Below are positions 24,197 to 36,292 of a DNA stretch of 64,000 bases, piece after piece (position 1 is the stretch's first letter; the number at the start of each line of letters is the position of its first letter). The position numbers were made by a program, and so were the translations under genes. The DNA comes from Batkoa obscura. Taxonomy: Eukaryota. The notes beneath the pieces are model-generated. The model saw only the letters and a list, made by a program, of their open reading frames with translations. It did no database searches and was not told the origin of the DNA. The stretch spans positions 1,426,001 through 1,490,000 of the forward strand of contig JASVEC010000010.1 in assembly GCA_030770535.1 (NCBI GenBank), in the 5' to 3' direction.

Positions 24197-25908
24197 ATGA
24201 CATCTCATCCCCTTTCTTTATCCACTACTAAAGACAATTCCAATTTTATAATGAATCATCCAAAGTTATTAAATAATAATAATAACAATAATAATCAAAA
24301 TAATAACAATTTTCCAGCTATTTTAAATAAGGCTGATTTACAATTTGAAGGTAATTTAGAAGATGTTATTTTAAATTGGTAAGTGTTTAATAATTAAAGT
24401 TATTTATAAAAATAAATTAATTGAATAAACTCTATAGGTCTGAAACTGAAAAGAACAGTCGACGACGTTTAGTTGAATTTTGGCGTCATCATGAAAACAA
24501 TACGATTTATTGTAGTTTCAAACCAATTTCACCTAGTCAAAAAGAACCTAATACATGTATAATATCATGTATTTATTGGGAAGAAAAAGAACAATATTTA
24601 GTCACTTCGGTAGATTGCATATTATTATTAGAAACTTTAATAGCAGTTCGGTTTACAGTGGAGGAAAAGAATCGAATTCGTAGAAACTTAGAAGGGTTTA
24701 GACCATTAACCATTTCTAAATGTAAACCTGAAACTTCAGAATTTTTTAAATTGATCATGTCATTTCCAAATCCTAAGCCAAGGAATATTGAAAAAGATGT
24801 TAAGGTTTTCCCTTGGAAAATTTTACCTTTTGCACTTAAAAAAATTATATCAAAATATGTAAGTTAAAATCAAAGTTAAATGTTATTATTTAAATATTAA
24901 TTTCATTTTAGGCTGCTGGTTATACTCCTGCTATGCCAATTACACCTTCTATCAATAGTAATTATTCCAATTTAAGTTCTGGATTAACTTCTCCGGCTCC
25001 CAATTTCCCAATGAATTTTAATCCAAGTCAACCAATGAATAATTTTCCATGTAAGTTATTATTTAGTAATACAATAATAATAATGAATTAAATATGGTTT
25101 GTTAGCTCGTGCAAATATGCAACGTCGATTTTCACAGCCCATAAATTCGATGGATATGTCTCAATTTATGCATCCATATAAACAAATGCATCGAAGTCGA
25201 GGACTTGGAGGAAGAATGCAAAACCCAATATTTAATAATGAATTATCTTCTCAATTTCGAATTCAAGAAGAAGAAGAAGATACTTTTATGGAAAATAACA
25301 ATAATAATAATAATACAATGAATACAATTACTTCAATAGCACCAATGAATCCATTTAATTATACAATGGGAAATAATAATCATTCTACTATTCCAATGAC
25401 TAATTTAGATACAAATTCTATTTCAGCATTAAGTTTAGAATCTTTATCAAATAATGATAATAATTTAAATAACTTAAATAATCAAAGTCATATGATGAAT
25501 TCTACTATGACAATGAATAGTTTAAATAATAATAATAATAGCAATTTACAACAACGATTTAATACTAATTTTGATCATGATTTTTTAATACCGCAATCAG
25601 CAAGTAATAATTTTATTAAACAAAATCAAAGTTTCGGACCAAGAAGACATTCTCTTGCCGATCCTTATTCCCTTCAAAGATTCCAAGCTATGAAATTTGG
25701 GATTGGGCCATTCGCTATGAATTCTACTACTCAATCTTCAAATTCCCCATTTGAATTTAATAATCAATTAAATGAAAATTCATTGTTTCAATTGAATAAT
25801 GTAAATAATAATAATAGTAATAATAATGGACAAATGAGTTATATGATGAATAATAATGTGAATAATTTCATGGAAAATGAAATATATAATTCAAATAACA
25901 ATCATCAA

Positions 25909-25940
<32 letters not shown>

Positions 25941-26213
25941 CAATTTTAATAATCATTTTAATAATAATTTTATGGTAAATTAATTAACCTTGTATTATTG
26001 TTATTTTTATTAATTTATTTTTATTTATAGAATGCCAATAATAATAACAACACTCAGCCTGGAACTTCGTTTAATTTTGTTGAAGCCAATTTTAATTATA
26101 ATAATAATAATAATACAAATAGTAATCATAATAATAATGATTTATTATTATCAGCAACAAGTAATTTAAATACGAGTAATTATTTAAATGAAGATTTTAA
26201 TTATTTACAATGA
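24197..26213 (+). CDS. medA: MedA/Medusa-like developmental transcription regulator with Asn-rich C-terminus, 5 exons
   Basis: W..E...RRRLVEF, ISCIYW, VTSVDCI.LLE.L, RFTVEEKNRIRRNLEGFRPLT and KPRNIEKDVKVFPW..L..ALKKIISKY match the conserved MedA domain. Confidence 0.85.
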
Positions 26214-26425
26214 TTTGTATTATTATCTTTTTATTGTAAAAAAAATAATAAGATATTTGTATTATTATTGTTATTATTATTATTCTATTGTTAATACGTC
26301 TATTGTATAACCATTACTCTTTGATTATTTAATTTTTTTTCTATTTTTGATTATTTGATCTTTCTTCCCTTTCATTTTGATTATTACCTATTTTCAGTCT
26401 TTTTGTATCATCCTTATTCTTATTA

Positions 26426-26487
26426 AATTATATTATATTATTATATTATTATATTATTATATTATTATATTATTATATTATTATATT
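26426..26487. repeat. (ATATT)n microsatellite
   Basis: About 12 tandem pentamers between two convergent genes. Confidence 0.9.
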
Positions 26488-26572
26488 GTATTTTAGTATA
26501 TTATTTATAAATTTAAAAACACATAATTAAATATATCAAACAAAAAATAAAACTATCATCATTATTTAAATA

Positions 26573-27139
26573 TTAATTTAATATTTTTTTAGATATTAAA
26601 CCGTTCATTATATCAAATGAATTACCATCTGGTTGTAATAAAAATGTTTGATAATTTAACGGATTAATAGAATTAGTTATTGGATCTAATGATATAACTT
26701 TTAATTCTCCATAATCCATCGTAATCCCAACTATTTGACACTTTATATTATCTTGATCTTTTAATGTAATAATTTTATTACTAAAATAAAATAAAATAAA
26801 ATAAAATAAAATATTGTTAATATAATAATAAATAAATAAAATAGATTATTTTACCTATGTAACCAATATTTGTAATATAATTGTTTAAATGGTTCCATTC
26901 CATTTTTTGATATTAAAAATAATTGATATAATTTTTGAAATTGAATCAATATATTAGGTAATATCTGTTCCATTGTTAATAAATTTAAATTAGTATTATT
27001 TAACTCATTATAATCTTCAATTAATGAATTAATACAATATGTTGGTGTACGGTTATTGACATTTAATCCACAACCTAAATAAAATAAAAATAAAATAAAA
27101 TAAAAATAAAATAAAAATAAAATAAAATATTAATAACTA

Positions 27140-27173
<34 letters not shown>

Positions 27174-28759
27174 TAAATAAATAAAATTAATTACCAATAA
27201 CAATATTAAAATTCTTGTTTGAATAAGATGAATTGACTAATATACCACCAATTTTTTTGAGTTCTCCAAGTTTGTTTTTAGCATAAATATCATTTGGCCA
27301 TTTTAAATAAATATCTAAATTTTTATAACCTTCAATTGATTTAATGCCTTCAATAACTGCAATACCAAATAAATATTGTAATAAAATAGCAGAACATTTA
27401 ATTGAATTATTATGTTGAAAATAAATTGAAAATTGTAAACATCCAGAAGGTGATACCCATACATTTTTACCTCTTCCTAATTAAATACGAAATATTAATT
27501 ATATTATGATTATTATATTCTATTAATTATTTATTTTGATTTAATTTGAATTTACCTTTACCACTAATTTGAGTTAATGCTAAACATAAAGTACCATCAT
27601 CTAAACAAGATTGAAACTTGATATTATCATTTAATATACGTTGAGTTGATGTAATAACTGGAGTAAATATCATTTTATAACCAAATTGTATTTTATTATT
27701 ATTTTCATCTAATAATTTATTATCTTTAATAATTTTTGGAAACTGTTCATTATAATGTTTATAATATTCAATTATATTAAATTTATTATTGTTATTATTA
27801 TTATTATTAAGTTGATTATTGATTTCATTAATATCTTTATTTATTATTAATTTTAAATGATGTTTGTTGTTTGTAAATTGATTTGAATTAATTTCAAATG
27901 TATCTTTATTATCTTCTAATAATTTATTAGTTGAGTTTAATTTAGATTTTAATTTTAACTCAATTTGTTCCTCAAAATTAAACATATATAATGGAGTAAT
28001 ATCAATTTCCATATTATTATTATTATTATTATTATTATTTATTAATAAATTAATGTCTTTAAATATATTAATCATTAACTTATTTAATTCTTCATTATTA
28101 ATTTGTTGGGATATTTCATTTTTTTCAAGTGGTAAATATTCGGGATGAACAGCAGATAATAAAGCTTTACCTTTACCAACATTGCATAAAATAATAGCTG
28201 AGTTTTTATCTTTGTCTAAAATGTCATTATATTGTGCTAATACTTTTACATTCTTAAACTCAGTTGCATTTAAAAAAGTACCTCCACCATTGTAATAAAC
28301 TTTGGCTATTATATCTTCTTTAATAAATTTAATATCCACTGCTTTAGCGCCAATTTCTGATTCATATTGAAATCCAGGAAACGTTGTTCCTTGACATGTC
28401 CCTGGAAAAAATTGTAATTCTCTATTTCCAATAACTTGAATATTAGTCCCTAATTCAAATTCTACCCTTTTACTTGCATAATAAGCACCTGCACAAATAC
28501 CCCAATAATTTCCACCATTGTAAACATAATTTTGAATCTTTAAGTTACCTTTTCCCTCAAGTTTTTCTAAATATGGGATATCTCTTCCACCTCCAATAAC
28601 AAGTAATTTGCAATTCAATTGCCAAGGTTCATTAATCAATGCTTTATCATCAATCGATCGAATAGCATAATTTTCATTCATTAATCGTTTTAAATAATTA
28701 ATTGTTTGAATTACAAAACCTGGTGAGGTACCGGGGCCATTATAGACTAATATATCCAT
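26573..28759 (-). CDS. BPL1: Biotin-protein ligase (holocarboxylase synthetase), 4 exons
   Basis: BPL_N motifs ILVYNGPG, GGRD.PY, GICAGAY and HPE. Catalytic Q.SGKGRGKNVWVSP.GCL, KWPNDIY, KIGGILV and C-terminal QPDGNSFDIM. Confidence 0.93.
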
Positions 28760-29240
28760 TATTTATTATTCAAATTGTTGAGTTGCAAATATTAAAGAAA
28801 TAAAAAGATAAAATTAAAATTAAAATTAAAATTTCGAAATTGATATTTGATGGTGAAGAATTATTGGCTGAATTTCATATTAAGTATTGAATTATTTTGT
28901 ACAAATATAATAATTTATAAAAATTTATAAAATTCAAAATTCAACTAATTAGTTTCTATTAACAATCTTATATTAAAAAATGATAACTTTATTTTATTTC
29001 TTTATTTCTTTTCTTAACAATAAATTTTATTCGAACTATTTTGTTAAATTAATTACTGTAAAAGTTTTTAGTAAATTTAAAATTCAAATATCAGTAATAT
29101 AAAAATCAATTAAAAATAATAGAAAAAGTGATTGAATAAAAAAGATGAGAGTTTAAAAGAGTAAGATTCTATTTATATTTAATTAAATAATTTTATTATT
29201 CATGTAATAAATCAAATAATGTTTATTTAAAGCCTAATAA

Positions 29241-30974
29241 TTAATACTCTGTAAACAAATGCTCTATATTTAAAGTACTTATTTTTTTCTTTAAATTAAT
29301 AATTTGATAAACTATATTTTTTAAAGGTGGAGAAGATGATTGTAATACTGGATTTTGACTCCCCTTTTCAATTAAAATCAAACATTTTTTAATTAAAGTA
29401 TAAGTATCTAAAGAATATTTTTCAATATGAAAATAAACTATTGATAATGTAAAACACATAATACCATAATTTAAATACATGATATCTTCAGTTGGTATTT
29501 GTAATATATGATTTAATATTTCGGATGCTATAAATTCTATATTATTTTGACATGTTTTAATACGATTGGGATAGAATGGTGTATCAAAAGAAGCTTGTGC
29601 TTGTAATAACAAATAACGATAAATTAATAAAAAACAAATAGAATAACTTAATTTAATATTTTGAATAAAAAATATATCTTCGTTATTATTATTAATAATA
29701 ATTTTTTTAAATTTTAAATTATTATATTTAATAATAATTTTTTTATATTCAAATTGTAATTTTTTGATATACATTTTGGCTATTTGTTCATTTTTTTTAT
29801 AATCATTTGTAATTGTCTTATTTCTTTCATTAAACTTAATATAAATCATAGACTTATGATAATTAGATTCAACATTCAACATTGCTTTAATATCATCACT
29901 ATTATTGGTTAGTTTAATACAATGAGATATTAAATTAATAGTATTATCATATAAATAAGAATGAAATGGGGATGGAAAATTATAAGATATTAATCTTATT
30001 ACTGAAATATGTATTAAAGCACAATAACATAATTTACGTTCTAATGAAATTTGATAATTTTGATATTTCAAATTGAAATTATGCAAACCTAATTGATAAG
30101 CTAAATGAGCAAAACATTCAAATCTTATTTCAATTAATTCACATAAAATTCTTGTACTTTTTAAACCTTGATAAATTAATATAATAATTTGTAATGTTTC
30201 TAATGTTGGTTGATAATCAATTTGACTTAATTTTTTTAATAACAATAATTGACAATAATCATTCAATATTAAACTGAATTTACTTGACTTCATAAATTTT
30301 AATCCACAAGCATAAATAGCAGCCATTAAATATTTACTTCTTTTTCTAGTTTCAAAAGTGGATTCTAAAAATAATGGTATATTACTATTAACATATTTGA
30401 AATAACATCTTTTAGCTTGTTCCATTATAGGTATAAATTCCATTAACCAAGTTTCATTAGCTTCATTAAATTGATGAAAATTCTTTGGTAATTTAATACT
30501 TTCAGTAGTTAATATAGTAATAAATTGTTTATAAATATCTTCCGTTATTTTAGTATGTATAGCTGCTTCATCGAATAAATTACTTCCCATTAAAGTTGAT
30601 ATTACATTATAAGTGGATCTTAATTTAAAATTTTTAATTAATGATTTAATAGTATTATTGGGCACTTTTAATATATCTCTATCTAAATCTTGAAATAATG
30701 GTAACCAATTTTGATTATTATTAATAAATCCAATATCTCTATTATTCTTATTATTCTTATTTATTTCCTTCTTATTTGTTTCATTATTTGAAAAGAATTG
30801 TATCTTTTCTATAAATTCTTGTCCTTTTGTAAATTTATTACATTTTTTATTTTTTCTTGTATAATGACATTGTATGTTTTTACTTTGACATCGTTGACAT
30901 CCGTTTAATTCTCGACTACATCCTTTTTTATCTTTACTACATCGATCACAACGTTGAAGTGCTAAGATAACCAT
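29241..30974 (-). CDS. Zn2Cys6 (GAL4-type) transcription factor
   Basis: CDRC..DKKGC......CQRC......C binuclear cluster, plus a middle-homology-like region (YFKYVNSNIPLF, AYQLGLH, ERK). Confidence 0.88.
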   Translation of the reverse strand: MVILALQRCDRCSKDKKGCSRELNGCQRCQSKNIQCHYTRKNKKCNKFTKGQEFIEKIQFFSNNETNKKEINKNNKNNRDIGFINNNQNWLPLFQDLDRDILKVPNNTIKSLIKNFKLRSTYNVISTLMGSNLFDEAAIHTKITEDIYKQFITILTTESIKLPKNFHQFNEANETWLMEFIPIMEQAKRCYFKYVNSNIPLFLESTFETRKRSKYLMAAIYACGLKFMKSSKFSLILNDYCQLLLLKKLSQIDYQPTLETLQIIILIYQGLKSTRILCELIEIRFECFAHLAYQLGLHNFNLKYQNYQISLERKLCYCALIHISVIRLISYNFPSPFHSYLYDNTINLISHCIKLTNNSDDIKAMLNVESNYHKSMIYIKFNERNKTITNDYKKNEQIAKMYIKKLQFEYKKIIIKYNNLKFKKIIINNNNEDIFFIQNIKLSYSICFLLIYRYLLLQAQASFDTPFYPNRIKTCQNNIEFIASEILNHILQIPTEDIMYLNYGIMCFTLSIVYFHIEKYSLDTYTLIKKCLILIEKGSQNPVLQSSSPPLKNIVYQIINLKKKISTLNIEHLFTEY

Positions 30975-31650
30975 TTTAAAAAGAATCTATTAATTTATTT
31001 ATTAAGAAAGGAAAAAAAAGATGTTTCTATATTATATTTATAGTATTTGTCAATACATAACAAATTTTATATCAAATCATTTTTTATATTAACATGATTG
31101 GATAATATCATATAACAATGTTGATCTTTTTAGATGTTTTATTTCTTTTAAAATATATATATTTAAATTTAAATTTAATTATTAGCTTATAAATACTAAT
31201 TAAAGACATTTACATTCTTTTATTTTTAAATCAATTATATTTTAGTAATTTCTATCGTAAGCATCTTATTTATTGAAATTAAAACAATAGTCTAAAACTC
31301 ATTTGAGTAAATTTAAATCCTTGATCTTTATTAATTTATTTTATTTCTTGAATATCATTTATTTATATATTAATAATATTAATAATATTAATAGTTCTTT
31401 ATTATTTGATTATATCAATAAAAGAATAAAAGAATAAAAGAACAATACTAATATTGAAAATACAAAACGTTCCTTTTTTTATATTAATAATATATGTAAT
31501 AATAGTAGCTACTATCTCCAAATAAGTTAAAATCGGAAAATATTAATATCAAAATGCTGAGTTATAAACTATATTAGTAAAATTTGTTTAGTAAAAAGGA
31601 AATTTAATCATTAATTAAAATTGAAATTTACTATTTTAATTAATTAATAT

Positions 31651-31750
31651 GAAGGGTGTTTTTTTGGCTTGATTACTTTTTTCACCTTTTAAGCGTTATT
31701 TAAGCGGAAAAATTGGCAGTAAAATTCTTAAATACAAAAGATACATCCCC
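31651..31750 (+). mobile_element. ~97-bp MITE
   Basis: gaagggtgt...acatcccc, TSD atat/atat. Confidence 0.88.
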
Positions 31751-31959
31751 ATATATTGTTTGTTTAGCTAAAATATTTAAAATTATGAAGAATCTAAATA
31801 ACTTTTTTTTCTTTTGAAAAGCCAAAGCATAATGTGTTTTATTAGCTAAAATAAACTTTAAGACTCAAATCAATCAATAGAGAACAAGATAATTATTGAA
31901 AGTTATCTGGTAAGTTAGAAATTCTGACCAATAATTAATTAGCCTTAAAAGAATCAGAT

Positions 31960-32059
31960 GGGGGATGTTTTTTTTGGCTTCATCGCTTTCTCTATTTTTT
32001 AAGCGCTATTTAAGCGGAAAAATTGGTAGTAAAATTCTTAAGCTTAAGAATATATCCCC
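31960..32059 (+). mobile_element. ~97-bp MITE
   Basis: gggggatgt...atatcccc, non-palindromic TSD agat/agat. Confidence 0.9.
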
Positions 32060-32572
32060 AGATAGGTAAAATGGAAACCGAATCACTTCTATCTTTAAGA
32101 TAATTTCTCACATAATAGGGAAAGAGATAGGGTTAGATAATAATTCTATTTTAAAATGATCTAGGTGTAAAACTTCACAGCTCTAGTATAAGATTTAAAG
32201 AGCTATTAAAAAGAAAAGAGGTTTGAATAATTTAAATTGAGTAAAGAGAGTTGCGATACTATCAAAAAATATAGCATAGGAAAGTGATAAAAGCAGAAAG
32301 GGATTGAAAGAGCTAAACATATGTGATCAGGGATGAATAGCTGTAGATATAATAAGCTGATTTCTATAATTTCTTGAATTATTATATATATAAATAAAGT
32401 AAAATTAATATTTTGACTTAATATATGCTTTACAAAGTGAATGATAATTCGACTATTTTTATTAATTGATTAGATGATGATCCTATGAATTTTCATATAC
32501 AAATAGTGCTAAATATAAGATATTAGTTTTTATATTAATTTTTGGACTAAAGGAGCGGTTGAAACAATATTT

Positions 32573-32669
32573 GAGGATGTATTTTTGTGTTTAAGGATTT
32601 TACTAACAGTTTTTCCATTCAAATAATGCTTAAAAGATGGAAAAAGTAGTGAAACCAAAAAACACCCCC
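32573..32669 (-). mobile_element. ~97-bp MITE
   Basis: gaggatgt...acaccccc in reverse orientation, TSD attt/attt. Confidence 0.9.
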
Positions 32670-33163
32670 ATTTAGTTTATTCATAGCAGCTTTAAAAGGC
32701 ATCAAATAAGTTAAGAGGCTAGTTAGTATTATAAATATATCAGATTTAATTAAAAATAAGGTTTTGTACTATCTGTATCAATTTTTGATAAAAACAACAA
32801 TAATAGTAATGATCTAAATTATACCGCTTAAAATAACTATCAAGGTTAAGTAAATTTATTCATTTAATTACCAAATAATAGTTAATGATAATATAATAAT
32901 ACTAATAAAGATAAATATTTAAAATTTGATAAAATATTAAATAAAATTTGTTTGACTTTACAAAGAGTTCATTGAGGCATAAACAATAACTGGAAAAAGT
33001 ACAAACAAAATTTTGGATTTGTAATAGATCTAGTAAAAACTCGGAATATTAAAGCTATCTTATATTCCAAACTAAGCTGATTAACAATAGCTTGAGATTT
33101 TATAAATTGAAATTATTTTATCAAAACATCATAAATCATATACGAGTATATTAAATATACAAT

Positions 33164-34988
33164 AAATATACAAAATATGATAAAAGTATTAAATTAAAAA
33201 AAGAAATTGAGGTAAATTTAATGAAACAAATTAATTGTAACAGTAACACTTTAGAAATATTAGATTTAAATGCTACTATTTTACTTTAAAAATATTATTA
33301 AATCTATATTCAATTCTACTTATATAATAATGCTTAGTGTTTGATAAAGTCTTACTGCAATTATTAAGATAATGAATATAATAATATATAGATTTAGCAC
33401 TTTAATAATAAATACTTTTACATGAGAAAATCTTCATTTCTAATATTCATTAAAAAACTATTGGCTGAAAGTAAAAAATTAATATTACCAGCAAACTGCA
33501 ATATTTTAAAAATCGGATTTATTAGAATAGTTTCTGCAAAGAATAACTATCATTTTCCAATTTATTACTGTGCAAAATTTCTAAGTCATGGAATTCAAAA
33601 GTAATGAACTGGAAATTTTTAAGATCCAACCATTCATTTTTTGATCACTTAATCATTAAACAATATGGGTCGTAATGTTGGCTATTTTTATGCACCTGGC
33701 GAACAATCTTATTATTTCTCTCCATGTCATCCTATGGAGCCTGTTCGTGTTGATATGACCCATGAGCTTGTCAAAAACTATAATTTATTTGACTCTTTAA
33801 GTGTGTTTATTTATGATAAAGCAACTGAAAACCAACTGAAGGCTATTCACTCTCCAGAATACATTGACTATATTCGCAATTTTACGCCATCCACCATAAA
33901 TAAAAATTATAATACAAATAAAAGGACACATAGTTTAGATGAAGACTGTCCATTATTTAAAGGTGTATATGACTACATGTCAAGTACAGTTGGAGGAAGT
34001 TTACTTTGTGCTAAAAATATTAACCAAGGTACTTCAGATATCTGTATCAATTGGGCAGGTGGTATGCATCATGCTAAAAAGGCAAGTGCATCTGGTTTTT
34101 GCTTTGCTAATGATATTGTAGCATGTATTATTGATCTTTTGAGATATCATCAACGTGTATTATATATTGATATTGATGTTCATCATGGTGATGGTGTTGA
34201 GCAGTTCTTTTATGAAAGTAATCGAGTTATGACTCTATCTTTTCATCAATATGGAGACTTTTTCCCAGCTACTGGAGAAACTAAAGAAAGTGGAAGTGGA
34301 ATTGGAACAAATTATTCAATTAATGTTCCTTTGAAAAGAGGTATTAATGATCAAGATTATGAAACAATTTTTAATAAAATTGTTTTTGAATGTATAAATC
34401 GATATAATCCTGAGGTAATTGTATTACAAATGGGAGCTGATTCAGTTGCAGGTGATCGACTTGGTGGGTTTAACTTGTCCAATAAAGGACATTCACAATG
34501 TCTAAATTATATCAAATCATTTAATTTACCTTTAGTTGTACTTGGTGGAGGTGGCTATACTACCCAAAATGTAGCTAGAACTTGGACATTAGAAACTGGG
34601 GTAGCATTGGGTGTTGAATTGGAGGATATGTTACCAGAGAATTCTTTTATTGGGACAGATGGATGGAAAGCTAATTTAGAAATTAAAGCAAATGAGAATA
34701 TAGCCAATTTGAATACAAAAAAAGATATTAATGATACAATCCAACAAGTCATGGAAGTACTCAAAAGAGCGGAAATTACACCTTCTATCCAACTTCAAAA
34801 TATACCAAAAGATTGGTATAATATTGATGTGGATAGCGATGAGATAGAGATAGATCCTAAAACCGAATATGCACCCCACTTTAACTCAGATAATCATAGT
34901 CTAGCTCATAATCATAGTCGAAATGAAAGTTATGATAGTTCACCAGCCAAAAAGTCAAAAACGTACTTTGAATGGTCATAGTAGTCTA
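33164..34988 (+). repeat. Right arm of 1,825-bp inverted duplication (partner 15622-17446)
   Basis: Reverse-complement identity with the left arm. Confidence 0.95.
33665..34981 (+). CDS. Class I histone deacetylase (Rpd3/HDAC1-like, divergent), copy 2, intronless
   Basis: 438-aa protein identical to 15629-16945. Confidence 0.95.
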   Translation: MGRNVGYFYAPGEQSYYFSPCHPMEPVRVDMTHELVKNYNLFDSLSVFIYDKATENQLKAIHSPEYIDYIRNFTPSTINKNYNTNKRTHSLDEDCPLFKGVYDYMSSTVGGSLLCAKNINQGTSDICINWAGGMHHAKKASASGFCFANDIVACIIDLLRYHQRVLYIDIDVHHGDGVEQFFYESNRVMTLSFHQYGDFFPATGETKESGSGIGTNYSINVPLKRGINDQDYETIFNKIVFECINRYNPEVIVLQMGADSVAGDRLGGFNLSNKGHSQCLNYIKSFNLPLVVLGGGGYTTQNVARTWTLETGVALGVELEDMLPENSFIGTDGWKANLEIKANENIANLNTKKDINDTIQQVMEVLKRAEITPSIQLQNIPKDWYNIDVDSDEIEIDPKTEYAPHFNSDNHSLAHNHSRNESYDSSPAKKSKTYFEWS

Positions 34989-36292
34989 CATGCTAATCAG
35001 TTATAATTTTCTCCTTTTACACTTTCACTCTTTTTCTCGAATGTTATCTTTTATTTTCATCAATTTAAAAGTGATTTTTTTAATTTACTACTTTATTAAT
35101 AAAGCTTTTGTCCCATTTTGTCAATAGTTTTAATTTTTCTCTTTATATGTACTGTAAAGTGAAGCTTTCATTAAATTCTTTAATATATTTTATATAGCTT
35201 TTATTTTAATATATTATAGCTATAGTTCTTTTTAGTTTTCAATTTTTTTATTAAAATACCATACTTTGTGAATGAAAAAAACAATTTTTCAATTTTTAAT
35301 ACAACTTAAAAAAATTAATTCTCCAAAAAACCAAATTTACATGTGCGATTACTTGAATTTTTAACACTTAACCTTATTAACTCCACTTTTACATATAGGA
35401 GCTTCTTAAAGCAGGTTATTTGGTATGGCTTATGAGAATTCAAACTTTATTTAAAAAAATGTTAGTCTTTTGATGAATTTTGAATTATATTATCCTACTA
35501 TATGAATCCATAGCTTACCCTAATTTGCTAGTTTTATTTACGATCCTCATACTATATCACTCCCTAATTTGAAATTGATTTCTGCTGCATTGCTTTAGTT
35601 TGTTTTAAAAAAACAAGGTAAACTCAAGCCTAGAATATAGAGTATTAAACTTGATAAAACATGCTAAAAAATTTAAAATATGGTTATTGATTTGCCTTAA
35701 ACTGCTACAAGAGGACGTGAATAAATCTTGTAAGTGTGATATCTTTATTTTGAAGTATACACGTATTTATTTTCATTACAATTACTTATTCAAATATATT
35801 ATTTTAATTAAGGCTAAATAGTGGTAAATTAAAAATATAAAATGATTCAATATTTGTCCATATAAATGATATCAGAGATTACTAGCATTTTTAATAATCT
35901 TAAATTTATGACAATTTTGATGAGCTTTGAAATTTTTTCAAACCAGGCTTCAGACTTATATTTCATGTCTAAAGCTAAGGATCAACTTAAATTAAAGAGA
36001 ATCTATAAAATTGTGCTTCCTCTAAAAAAAAGTTAAATTGAATTCATGGCATTATGAAAATTAAAATTTATAGTCTATAAAAGTAAGTATCCTTATAAAA
36101 AATTAGGCTTATTGTAAATATAATTTTTTCTTGGCCTATTTTTATTCACCTTATACCACTTAATCACCTCTAAAACTAGCTTTATTTACCATAACTGTGG
36201 CTTCCCCATAAAGGGTGTTGTAAAATCAAGCTAACGAATATATATATAAACAGTTTTCTCAATTGATTAATTAACATAATTACTCTAAAAAC

